Notes: generated from the sequence alone by a model not told the origin. Shown: positions 31,611 through 42,433, counted from the first letter of the stretch. The stretch: DNA of 64,000 bases from Candidatus Taenariivivens baikalensis (GCA_009691445.1 SICL01000003.1:25834-89833); one strand, 5' to 3'. Numbers and translations are program-made.

Positions 31611-31945
31611 GTTCTCAAGCACGGCTTGGCCGAGAAGAAAACCAATTACTCGTTTAGCGATTGGGGAGATTTGGAACGCTGATTTATTCCAGATCCCGAT
31701 GAAACCCGATTCTCCGTTTTGGTTTCTCCGGTTGCGGTGCCGGCTCAAGCAGCTGCTTCAAGGCATCAAAGACGACCTTAAACTGCAGGTCATACTTTTT
31801 CTCCATTGCCTCAATTTTCTGGCGCAGATCTTTGTGCGCATCCAGCATCTGTCTGATTTTCGAAAAGGTCCTCATGATTTGTATATTGACTTGAATGGCG
31901 CGTTTGCTTTTCAAAACACTTGAAAGCATAGAGACGCCTTGTTCC
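31606..31945. repeat. segmental duplication: copy of 30672-31010 (3' tail of the nuclease gene plus 3' half of the ORF6N gene)
   Basis: about 340 bp at >90% identity read directly from both places (ctcaagcacggcttggccgagaagaaaaccaattactcgtttagcgattggggagatttggaacgctgatttattccagatcccgatgaaacccgattc...). Confidence 0.85.
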
Positions 31946-32235
31946 GTGAATATATAAGGCAAACTTCGCCGTCCTCCACGTCCCATGTTTGAAGTCACAT
32001 TTTGTGATATCAAAGCTCTAACCTCCTGCAAAGTAAGGCGTTGCATAAAATCATCAGGAAATCTTTCCCGGTTTCTTTTGACCGCTTGAATCAAGGCCCC
32101 GGTTGTGACTCCATAAAGTAAGGCCAAATCACTATCGAGCATGACCTTTCTGCCGCGAATGAAATAGATCTTTTGCTCGATCGCTTCTGAATCGTGGATA
32201 GCAGGTGTCTTGGTTGGTTTGATGGTTTTTGACAT
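31684..32235 (-). CDS. ORF6N-domain protein, copy 2 (paralog of 30738..31325; C-terminal 60 aa nearly identical, N-terminus diverged)
   Basis: KVMLDSDLALLYGV...QAVKRNRERFPDDFM...VTSNMGRGGRRSLPYIFTEQGVSMLSSVLKSKRAIQVNIQIMR. Confidence 0.8.
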   Translation of the reverse strand: MSKTIKPTKTPAIHDSEAIEQKIYFIRGRKVMLDSDLALLYGVTTGALIQAVKRNRERFPDDFMQRLTLQEVRALISQNVTSNMGRGGRRSLPYIFTEQGVSMLSSVLKSKRAIQVNIQIMRTFSKIRQMLDAHKDLRQKIEAMEKKYDLQFKVVFDALKQLLEPAPQPEKPKRRIGFHRDLE

Positions 32236-32459
32236 AAAAAAACCCTCCTAAGGTTGTGATGTTAGGAAGGTCTGAGCTCGCCATCAAAAAAAAGGGACGA
32301 GCATCAAACCTTCGTAGATGCTCGTCCGCCAAGCCTTATATCGTGGGAGTAGTCTAATAAATTCACGAATCAAATCAAGAAGAAAATCAGAGATTTCTCG
32401 GAACTTTTGGAGTAAGAACCGCTTGTTATAAGTTGCTACTTGTGGTGAGCCTGTCGAAC

Positions 32460-32600
32460 CAGCAAAAGATCGTTGATCAGGAAACCCGAGTTCACGAGTG
32501 CGCGGGTTGAAATTAACCCGTTAACCCTTGCGCTTTTTCATTTAATTTCCACCCTCAGCGGGTTTACTCTGTCCCTCGAGCGGGGACTGTCCCCTTGAAG
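32460..32600. repeat. Family-H hairpin repeat, copy 2 (long form), 3' of the subtilase giant gene
   Basis: agatcgttgatcaggaaacccgagttcacgagtgcgcgggttgaaattaacccgttaacccttgcgctttttcatttaatttccaccctcagcgggtttactctgtccctcgagcggggactgtcccctt. Confidence 0.8.
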
Positions 32601-32901
32601 TTTTCGATGACAATGATAGCCTCGACGATTTCAGAAGTGTGTTCCGAAGGAACCTCGCCGATGGCGTTAGAAATTTACCGCCAGACCAGGGCTTTTGGAA
32701 ATACCTTTGTTTTTTTAGTGGGCGGCATGGCCACGGATTACACGGTGATCGGGCTTCTTTGGAAAAACCTCAGAAAAAAAACAGGGCTTTGGATGCTTGT
32801 AATCAACATTCCCCAGATTATTTTCTTCGGCTGGATCTTTAATCGATTTTGATTTTTGGTAATCGGAAAGCGTTGCCCAAAATAGACTCTGAAGTTTCAC
32901 C

Positions 32902-35900
32902 CTATCCTTGAAGTAATCTTGCGAGCTCAGCACGTTTCGCTACAATTTGAGCGCGAAGTTCTTCCATTTCCCACTTGGGCCACAGTGAATATTCCGGCGC
33001 CATTTTGATTATATTTTGGGCTTGCAGGTCAAATTTACTTAAGCTTAAAAAAGATCCAGAAAATAGCGGCTGTTTGTATTCAATATCAAATATCTTCCGG
33101 TTCACCTCGTTTCTGACAGCTCCTACGGTGTTCATAATCGAAGAATAGGATTTAGGCGAGTTTCCGGTCGTTCCATCAAAACTACTTTCAATTTGCATGA
33201 TTCTTTCATGAAGTAATTTGAGATTTTCGAGATTGTTGTCTATGTGAATTTCTGTGTAGGTTTGATCGCTGACAATCACATAAGGATCCCGGTCTTTTTC
33301 TAGAACCAGAGAAATGGATTTGTAATATCCTCCGCGCCTGTCGGGCGAGCGTACGAATGAGGTCGAATTGATTTGTGTAGGGGCCACTGCCAGAGTGGTT
33401 TCGCCTATGGTGATCGATTGGCCAATGTCAGCGGCAGGTATCTCCCATGTCTGATTTCTCCCGGTTTCTTTTCCGGTTTCAGGATTGTAGGTGATGGCAA
33501 GGGCCATTACGACGGTTTGGGTATAGGTATTATAGTTTTCATCCAGCCTTTTTTGGAGATGCCCTTGCACGAAAGTATCCGTGACAATCCTGGAAGGTTT
33601 AGCTGTGGTGGAGTAGTAGCTAATTTGCTGCTGCGTTTCTAAGAGATTTTGGGAATCAAATATATCAATCGTTTTTTCGAGCAGATTCCCTCGTCCGTCG
33701 AATTGACTCACAGTGGTTTGATGAGGTTCTTGTGTTCCGGAGTCAAAAATAGTTAAAGTCTCCTGAGTGGGGAAACCTTGCGGATTAATTATCTTCACAG
33801 TTTTGCTTAGGATTTGATTTTGACTATTGGTCACGGTCTTTGTTTCGTTGACATTGTCATCAAAATCTTTCACGGAGATTGTTTCTACCGAATTTCCATC
33901 TTTATCAGTCGTAAAAGTTTTGACCGGAGGATAGATAATATCTATTTTTAACTCGAGGAGATGCTGCTCTCCTAATTGAACTTTTCCGGTTGCAGGATCC
34001 GTGATGATCGATTGGTAAGCCATCTGGACTTTATCTCCCCAAAGAAAGGCATAATTGATAACCACCGGCCGGCCTTGAGCGTCTTGATTAAACTCTTCCA
34101 TTCGGTTTCCCTGTGGATCCACAAGCATTACAGCTTGGGCTGTTTTATGAAAGATTCTAAAAGTGTTTCTGATCTGATCATTTGCGGAAGGGATCTTGGC
34201 GTAGTCTTCAACCAATAAAAGAAGAAACCTTCCATCGGGAGTGGATTGGGGAATGAATTTCGGATTCGTATAGTCCATCCGATACCAATAATGTTGTGCT
34301 AGGTTCTTATAACCCGCTATATAGAGAGCAAATCCAACTTGCAACCCATTCTCAAGGTTGTTGCTTTTGACATCGTAGCGCCAAAAACCTCTGGGCCAAA
34401 GAGAGATGGTATTATTCAGCGTAGTGGCTCGTTCATAAAAAGAAATTTTATCGATCACAAGACCACTTGGTTTCGATAAATCGATTTCAAAAAAGAAGGG
34501 ATTTTTTTCCCGGTCCAAACCCCCGGCAAGGGCTTTTGTTTTGGAACTCAAAATATCCACTCCGGTCATATCCATTCCGGTCCAAAGGGAATTTTTGAGG
34601 GTAAGTGAGCCTGGAGATTCTTCAAAAGTGATAATGCTTCGTCCGCTGGCAGCAACCAGCAGAGGAGTTCCCTGAGAATTTTGAGTCAGGGTAAGGTCTT
34701 TGATAGGACCGAGATTTGAAAAATGGCCTGAGGCCAAGCGGTGTGGTTCTTTGGGGTTGTTTAAATCCCAGCTTTCAAGGGTCACTCCGCCATCCGGTGT
34801 AATTTGAGTGACATAAACCTTGGTGCCAAAGGCATACATTCCGTTGACACTCTCAGATGGAATAGTGCCTTCCACTTGGCCGGTATTGGTATTCACAATT
34901 TGAATACCCGAATTACCGCCAAGGTGAACCAAGACACGGGCTGAGTCAAGAACTTCGACAAGGCCCGCGGAACGCTCCACTGGATTTTGGGAAGATGGAC
35001 GTGTGAGCTTTATCGTTTTTTCTAATTTCAGATTTTTAGGCTGCGTGACATCATAAATTTCTAATATCATTTCCTGCTCCAAAGCAGGAGATTGAGGAAG
35101 GGATTTAAGGATATAGGCTTTATTCCCGGCAAGGGCAAAATCTTTAATCTCTGCAGGAGAAGAGTTTGATTCCGGACGGATGGTGCCAATTTCAGGCCCT
35201 AAAGTACCGTTAAGATGGTCGGCATAGGCACGGTCGCTCAGATCAAAAATATGGATAGTTGAATCCGGGCTCATGACATAGAGATAATTACCTTGAAGTT
35301 TATAAGACCGGACGTCTCCTATATAGACCCATTTTTCTTTAACGTCATATGAATTCAACATACAGACTTGTTGATTGGCACAGTCCGAGTAATTCGACTC
35401 GGACACGCCAGTCGCGGAATGACCACTGTGGGAATCTGACATTACAGAAAAGATGGGGGTGGGCATAAATTCAGTGCCTTGGCCCAGGAAAGAATTTTTT
35501 TCGGGTTTACTCCAGGGAGCCGTTGGTACAGGATCAGTATTCGTAGGAGGAGGAGTATTATTTTTTTGTTCAAGGGCGGATTTTAAAGCACCTTCGGCAT
35601 TGAGAATTCCCTTTCCAAGATATTGATCGGCCGTATAGGGTTGTGCGCTTTTTGTCAGGTCACTTAAAATTTGGTCCGGAGTGTACTGGGGATTTAAGGT
35701 TTTGATCAAAGCGGCAACGCCCGCAACCTGCGGTGCTGCTGCGGAAGTTCCATTGTAGGAATCATATTTTTCTCCGGGCATCGTGGAATGAATTCCAATG
35801 GCAGGGGCTGCAATATCAACATCATTGCCATAATTGGATCCTGCTGTATCACCCGGTTTCGTTCCAAACATGGCCCGGTGGTCTGCTTTGTCAGTTCCTC

Positions 35901-38900
35901 CGACAGTGATCATGCCGGGGGTATTGGCAAGTACGCGATCTTTAGTGTCCTTACCCTCATTACCTGCCGCGGCAACCACCACAATATTTTTAAGATGAGC
36001 AAAATAAGTCACATCTGAAAAGGATCTGAAATCACGGCCGGAACCCGAGGCCTCACCGCCTAAAGAAAGATTAATGATATCCGCATTATGAAAAATGGCA
36101 TAGCCCATGCCGCTAAGAACATTGCTCAGTTTAATATTAGTTCCTTCGTTTCCGACTTTAACTCCCATTAAAGTGGCCCACGGAGCCACTCCCATGACTT
36201 CTCCATCGGCTGAACGGGCCCCGATTATTCCTGCAACGTAGGTCCCGTGGAAATGGTTGTCAGAAATATCGTTACCATTTCCATTCGTAGTATCGAAATT
36301 CCAGGACAAAATATCATCGATGTGATTATCGTTATCATTATCAATGCCGTCAAAAAGCACGGCCAGTTCATCAGGGCTCACTTTGCCGTCTTGACGCGCA
36401 GCGCTCCATTCGATTTTTCCAGCACGAGTTCTAATGAGGCCGTCGATATCCTCCAGGCTAATACGCGGTTTCCCATCAGGCATAAAATCCTGGTTGAAAT
36501 TCGCATCGGCTGAAGTAATTTTGCCGTCCCCGTTCTGGTCGCCAACTGCGTAGGCAATTTCCTGGGCGTTGACCCAAACATTATTAAAAAGCGCGGGATG
36601 ATTGAAGTCCATTCCCGTATCGATGAAAGCTACTGTAACACCCTTTCCAGGTTGCGTTTCTCCCGGGTCCCACTGTCCATTATGGTTCAGATCAAACAAG
36701 GCCCATGCCTCCGGAACGTTCGTTTTGTCCAGATGCCAAAGCTCGGAAATATTTTGATTAAGAAGATTATTTAACTCGGCCGGTGACAAAGCATTGGAAG
36801 TAGGCGTGACAACTTGGAATAAAACATTGGGATCCACATACTCCACCCAGTCATTGTTTTCCAAAGTGCTCTTTGCATTTTCAAACGGATGCGCGGCTTC
36901 GTCATATTTCACCAGGTACATATTATCCAGAGCTTTTTCAGCGTCACTTGCTGGATTCATCGCGCCAAATAATTTTTCTACCGCTTTGACACCAAGATTC
37001 ATAAAAGCATTGGTGAGAGAAGAGGAGAAATCAGAAACTGTATTTTGAACCGCATCCTTTATTCCAGTTAAGAAATTCTTAAATCCTTCGACCGCGGATT
37101 TGGCTTCTTCTTTAAACCGTACGATCAATTCCCCAAAGACATGGTCCGTGGGTTTGGGCTGAGAAACTACCGGATTTTTTCCGGTGTCGGTCGACGTTGT
37201 CGTTTGGGTTGTGGTCCCGGTAGTTGTAATTGTCTGGGTCGTGGAAGTGGTGGTTGTGGTCACTACAGTTGATTGAATAGTATTCCCAGTGCTGGTTTCA
37301 ATACCATTAATCGCGGCCAAAGGAGTGCTGCTTTGAGTTGCGATAGTAGTAGCTTCTCCCGAAGAGGAAACATCCGGCGGCGTCTGAAGCGGCGGCACAG
37401 GAAGTGGGGTTGGTCTTAAATCATTGGCCGGAGGCTGCGGAACAATCACGTTAGGAAGAGGTGTTGCGGACGAATTTCCCGAAGAACTTTGTGCCGCAGC
37501 CATCTTCGGCTGATTTGAAAGCATCTCAGCCGGAGAATTAGGTTGAGCTTGAGACTTCTCAAAAATGGTTTTCTTTTGAAGATCTACGGTGATCCACTTT
37601 TGATTTGAAGCATTGTCCATGTCATAAATCAGGATTTGCACTTGAGTGTCCGAGAGAAGCCGGTCATCTTGATAATTCAAGTTATTAAAGTCATCACGTT
37701 GTAATCCTAAAATCCCTGTAACCTGTTCAGGATTCTGGACAAGCAAATCAAAGGCAAGAGAGACGTTCTCTTGGGCTTTGAGCGAAGCAGCATCAATCAG
37801 AATATGCGGTTTTTTTTCAGAAGGGTTATCTTTTTTTTGCAGTTCATCCAGATATTTTAGGGATTGATAGGTCGCCAAGTAGCCATTTCTTTCAGTTTCA
37901 AGGGGAGCAATGTTTGGATTGTTTCGGCGGTCAAGGACATGTATGGCCTCATGGGCAATCTTGGTGATGAGCCAGCGTTTTTGGGCTTCGGCATCCGGCA
38001 AAGCGGCAAACGCTTCATATCCCACGACGACCATTCCTGGGTTCTCCGTCAAAGCCAAGGCAAAACTTTCCTGATTAGGAAGTCCTTTTAAAAAAAGGAC
38101 GGGGATATAGCCGGGGTCATCAACAGAATCCGTTTGCATAAAGCGGGGCATGACGTTTGCTTGGACAAGAGATTGGTAAGCCTCAAGTACTTCTTTTTGA
38201 TGAGCTCTTGAGAAATCCAGAGACTCCCTAAGAATCGATTCATTCACGTCTCCCAGGTTGGTATTTTTTTCTAACCGCTTTTGGATATCCCCCAAAGTCA
38301 TATTGCGGGTATTGAAGCTGAAATTAACCTCGCCCGGGGAATTGGGACTACCCGCATCCGGAACAACGGTCACTTCGTACATGCCATTTCCTCGGTAGCC
38401 AAAAACGTAAACATAGGTTTTCCCTTTGTCAAGATTCGGCCAGTCCCAGTGCGCCATCTTGATATCTTTTAAGAGCGTAACCTTCCCATTAGTCTTGAAT
38501 GTCCCTGTGTTAGTGGCCTCGTCTATATTAAGCTCACCGGGCGTTTTTGTGCCGTCAATCGCATTAAGAGAAGAATCTAAATATTTTCTTTGAACAATAC
38601 GGTCATTTTCGTAACTAAAAATCGAATTGAGTTGATCACGAAAATAGTTTTCGGTTCGGCCTTGGCCGTTTATCTCCGGATTGTTTCGAATGACGCGGGA
38701 TGACCACACGAGTTCGGGTTGTCCGGCAGGATTATCATAATAACCTTCAATCAAACGCATTCGTCCCTGGCTATTATAGAAATAGGTCTCGTCGTTACGG
38801 CTGTTTCTTCCATCCTGGTACCAAACGGTTTGAGTTGGAATACCCGTAATCGCTTCATGACGGAGCGTCAAGGGGTTGTACCACGAAGTCATCCGCTCAA

Positions 38901-40349
38901 AATTAAGATCACTGGAGAACCAAGATGCAGAAAATACTTCTTGTGAAGGAGCCGGGACTTTTGTCTGTAACGGAGTGGATTCTTCCCGTAATGTGTAATG
39001 GTTGACGACAAAAACTCCTCCGACATTTTCGATGGATTTATCTCCGATCTGGGTCAAAATATTCAGAGTGGAAGTCGAAGGCGATCGATTGGAAGCCGTG
39101 CCGTTTTTAATAATTTTTTCAAGCTGTCCGGCATTGTTATATTGGAAGTTCATCGTTTCGCCGTTGGAGGCGGTGTCTTTGACGATGCGGCCATTTTGAA
39201 TGATTTGATGATGGACCACTCCAGAAATATCTGTGGATTCAGCTTCGATAGGAATGATTCCCAGCCCATCAAACACCGATGCGATACTAGAAATGCTTTT
39301 TGATTGAGCTTCGTCTGGAACCCATCGTTCGCTGTCAAAAAACGGCGGTTGATTTCTAATCGAGGGCATATTGAAAAGGTTCCCGAAGTTTTTTAATGCC
39401 AAAGGATCCTTGGAAAGAGAAAAGATCACTTTGGCAGGAAGGACCTCGACGACACGAAAGAAACCGCTTGTGCCGCTTACGGCTTCTTTATAAGTCATTG
39501 CGGCTCCGGTCCCTTGGAGTTCGCCTACATTTTTCCAAGTTGAGGAAGAAAGATCAAAACTTTTTTGGATGACGTAGCGTTTTCCGGCAGATGAGTTAAA
39601 AGACACCTCAATTTTCCCCTGGTGGATTTGAATGGATGATTCCTTTGCTGCCAGGGCTGGGATTTCTGCGGTCAAACGCATGGTTTGAAAGTCAAAAGTT
39701 GCTTTTTCAAGACCTGGAAATGTGGTTGATCGAGGCAAAGTCATTACGGCCTGAAGCAGCCGGCCGTTTTCATATTTGAATTCAATTCGGGGCGCTAAAG
39801 GGTTATTGATAAGACTCGTGGCGTCTTGCCGGAGCAGAGTGCCTTTGGTGTCGAATGATTGCACGACAAAGTCAGGATAAACAATGACTTGCGGCTTTGT
39901 CGCTGCTACAGGATTCGGGGGCAAACTCGAAGTATTTGAAAGAGTTTCAACTGGGGAATTGGCTTGCGAGACGGCAGCATGAGAGTTAGATTTTTGAATA
40001 GAAGGAGTTGGACTTACCGGTTTTGAATTTGCCAGCATCCAATGAGTGGTTGAGTTGTCCATAGCCGTGGAAGTCGTCGTGTCCGTGGTTCTCGTTGAGT
40101 GTTCTATGGATGATGCTGTGGTTGTTTGAGTTCCGGCCTGGTCGCCGGTCGCCGTACTTGTTTCCATCGACGTGTAATTCTTGGTTTGGATATAAGAGGT
40201 CTTTTCATATTGAGTAGGAACAGATTCAGCCAGGAGAGCCTGCGGGCCTAAGGTCAGGCATTGGGCCATGAGAAAGACAGAAGCAATCAAAGCGCTCACT
40301 GATTTTTTAAAAGCCAGCTTTGAGTTTAAGAGGGCGAGAAGTTTTTTCA
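32902..40349 (-). CDS. giant (about 2480 aa) secreted multidomain protein with S8 subtilisin-like peptidase domain, Thr-rich linkers and an HExxH-containing segment
   Basis: S8 catalytic triad contexts VAFIDTGMD (Asp), HGTYVAGIIGA (His), GTSAAAPQVAGVAALI (Ser); signal peptide MKKLLALLNSKLAFKKSVSALIASVFLMAQ; poly-Thr tracts; IAHEAIHVLD (HExxH); the track ORF extends to 40521, but the Met at 40349 with signal peptide and upstream aaggtaagg is the more likely start. Confidence 0.8.
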
Positions 40350-40519
40350 TAGATCTGTTTAACCTTACCTTTTTAGCAGACCGCTCACTTATTAAGTAAA
40401 AGATAACCCATTGGAGAGGGAATACAAGAACCCCTTTAAGGGAGTTCTCATTTTTTATAAGGATAGTAAGATTATATGGGAATGTTATGAAATGATTGAA
40501 TTTGAGATTTTGAGATCCC

Positions 40520-40595
40520 ATGCTGCGTTTTTCATTTGATTTCCGTCTTTAGCAGGTTTAACCTGTCCCTCGAACGGGGACTGTCCCCTTACCTT
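40520..40595. repeat. Family-H hairpin repeat, copy 3 (short form), immediately upstream of the subtilase gene promoter region
   Basis: cgtttttcatttgatttccgtctttagcaggtttaacctgtccctcgaacggggactgtcccctt shares ttttcatttaatttc...ggtttac-ctgtccctcg-rcggggactgtcccctt with copies 1 and 2. Confidence 0.75.
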
Positions 40596-40739
40596 GGACC
40601 CTGCGAAACCGCGTTAACCATTGCCCAGGAGGGAATCCCCGCGGTCATTCCTATTGAAATGTGCTATTTGGGATGGCAGGAATCACTCCAGCAGTTGGCA
40701 AATCTTATTGAACCGGAAATTGCTGGGTAAAAAGGAGGT

Positions 40740-40928
40740 TTGAAAAAAATTATGAAATCGAAAGCACTTATTGTTTTGGCTTTTATGGTCGCGACCTTTT
40801 ATAGTTTAGAGATTGTTATCATGGTGTCGGGAAAGCAGTTTGGGGTGCCCCTCATTCTTAAGCTGATTATTGCGGCCCTGTGTTTTTCTTACGGAATTAA
40901 AAATAGTCGGAGAGATGGGGATAAATAA
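40740..40928 (+). CDS. hypothetical small membrane protein (two hydrophobic helices)
   Basis: ALIVLAFMVATFYSLEIVIMV and LILKLIIAALCFSYGI; weak support. Confidence 0.3.
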   Translation: MKKIMKSKALIVLAFMVATFYSLEIVIMVSGKQFGVPLILKLIIAALCFSYGIKNSRRDGDK

Positions 40929-40974
40929 TGCAGTAGAGAAGGCAGTCGGCAGGAGGCAGGAGCGGTAAACCCCA

Positions 40975-41181
40975 GGTGACAGTCACCCAAACAGGGGACA
41001 GAGGAAAATTACTACGCTATTAGCGTAGTAGCTCCAAAACTTGCACCAATGGTGCAAGAAATAGGGAACTTAAATCTCCAACCATTGGTTGAAGATATCT
41101 AAAACGGGTCTTAAGGTCAAAAAAACTCTCGCCATGGGTGAGAGAAATGGGGCCAGAGTTTCTACACACGGTGTGTGCAGA
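40975..41181. other. array of six different short perfect hairpins/palindromes (13-21 nt each) with semi-conserved linkers; candidate structured ncRNA or protein-binding array
   Basis: ggtgacagtcacc; actacgctattagcgtagt; cttgcaccaatggtgcaag; ctccaaccattggttgaag; ctctcgccatgggtgagag; tctacacacggtgtgtgcaga. Three are followed by agaaatRgRg, two by ctccaaaac/tctaaaac. No ORF >=60 aa in the region. Confidence 0.5.
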
Positions 41182-41224
41182 AATGAGAGTTAGGTAGAAA
41201 GAATGCTATCAGTAACGCTGCCTC

Positions 41225-41673
41225 TTGATTTTTCCTGACCAAGATCTTTCACTAGCATTAGCTAGCCCTTTATTTTTTCTGAAAAAGCTCTGGAAGTTTC
41301 GGCCTGTCTTTTCTATAATTCTCCTCACTAGACGTGGCGGACGCGTGAAACCGGAAGGTTTGACGCTCCGCCTTTTTTGTGTGGCCCGCCAAGCTTTCCT
41401 AAACGAACAATTTTATGTGCTGATCGATCTCAAAGCGGGAAGGTTGACGCATCAGGATTTTTTTAGATGCAAATGTATGTTAATTATTACGACCGTGAAA
41501 TCCTGGAAAAGGATGATGATCCGACGGTGGGTTTGATCTTGTACGAAGACAAGAAAGAGGCGGTGGTTCGTTACACGCTCTCCAAAGCTAACCGACAAAT
41601 TTTCGCGTCCCGCTATAAGCTCTATTTACCAACTGAAGAAACGCTCAAGCATCAGATAAGGGCTAGAGCTTAA
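41225..41673 (+). pseudogene. degraded DUF1016 (YhcG-type PDDEXK nuclease) C-terminal fragment, frameshifted
   Basis: two ORFs in different frames (41225..41536 frame 2; 41467..41673 frame 1) together spell ...FCVARQAFLNEQFYVLIDLKAGRL...//...YVNYYDREILEKDDDPTVGLILYEDKKEAVVRYTLSKANRQIFASRYKLYLPTEETLK, matching the DUF1016 C-terminal consensus (F.ArQ....d..FyiDLLfY.R.L..LVaiELK.g.F....GQm.fYl...D......enPtIGliLC..Kn..vveYaL......IgVa.Y.L...LP.el); the frame switch sits at a T7 homopolymer (gattttttt) about 41455; the N-terminal half is missing. Confidence 0.65.
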
Positions 41674-41809
41674 AATTTAATCTAACGATAACAGAAGCGT
41701 GAGAAACTCGTGCTGGTATGTCCCCCTGTGTTCGTCGCCGCTTTAACGAAATTAAAATACGACTTACGAAGAAACATATTGAGTTATTGAATTTGATAGG
41801 TTATTATTC

Positions 41810-42088
41810 ATGATAATGTGGCGTATTCACGAACACCGGCAGGTTGAAAAGATTTGCCCAAAATTGCCCTCGCAGGTGCTCAAAAAATATGAGCTCTGGA
41901 AAAGTCTTGTTTACAGGCATGGCCCTGAAAAGCTGAAAGAATTTCCGGGCTTTCATGATGAGGCGCTGGAAGGACGTCGTCAGGGGCAACGATCCTCCCG
42001 GCTCAGTCTTAAATACCGGGTTATTTACGAGGCCGAAAATGATGTGGTTACCGTCTACGTGCTGGAAATTACACCGCATCAATATTAG
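41810..42088 (+). CDS. RelE/ParE-superfamily toxin (HigB-like; toxin encoded upstream of antitoxin)
   Basis: size about 90 aa, C-terminal YRVIYEAENDVVTVYVLEITPH typical of RelE/HigB; followed 9 nt later by an XRE-HTH gene. Confidence 0.6.
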   Translation: MIMWRIHEHRQVEKICPKLPSQVLKKYELWKSLVYRHGPEKLKEFPGFHDEALEGRRQGQRSSRLSLKYRVIYEAENDVVTVYVLEITPHQY

Positions 42089-42097
42089 GAGAATACT

Positions 42098-42376
42098 ATG
42101 ACTAAGAAAAAACTGAAAGATTTTATGCCGGCTAAATCACACGTGGTTCTTACCACGGGTGAAGCGATTCGAATGCTGCGTGAATTAAAAGGCTGGACTC
42201 AGGATCAGCTGGCGGAAAAATCGGGGATTCATGCGGTGAATATCAGCTCCCTTGAAAATAACCGAATTGATATCGGGAAAAAACGGGCAGAACAGTTAGC
42301 TTCGGCCTTTAAAGTCCATCCCGCTATTTTTATGTTTCCGGAGTATGAATCTGAACTCATTCGTAAAGCAGCTTAG
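42098..42376 (+). CDS. XRE-family HTH antitoxin (HigA-like)
   Basis: LKGWTQDQLAEKSGIHAVNISSLENNR helix-turn-helix. Confidence 0.7.
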   Translation: MTKKKLKDFMPAKSHVVLTTGEAIRMLRELKGWTQDQLAEKSGIHAVNISSLENNRIDIGKKRAEQLASAFKVHPAIFMFPEYESELIRKAA

Positions 42377-42433
42377 AAAAAAGCAGACGGCAGTGAGCAG
42401 TAAACACTCAGCAGAAGGCGGAAGGGGAATCAG

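Noticed and set aside
31383-31682. ORF 31383..31682 (99 aa)
   Set aside because: It is composed of hairpin-repeat copy 1 plus the duplicated nuclease tail; a by-product of the segmental duplication, not a gene.
32595-32900. Small plus-strand ORFs between hairpin-repeat copy 2 and the subtilase stop
   Set aside because: No RBS or family signal; likely non-coding 3' region of the convergent genes.
40350-40521. N-terminal 57 codons of the track ORF 32902..40521
   Set aside because: No signal peptide until the Met at 40349, which has RBS-like aaggtaagg upstream; the extension overlaps hairpin-repeat copy 3.
40975-41181. CRISPR array
   Set aside because: The hairpins are all different in sequence, units are too short and irregular, and no cas genes are nearby.
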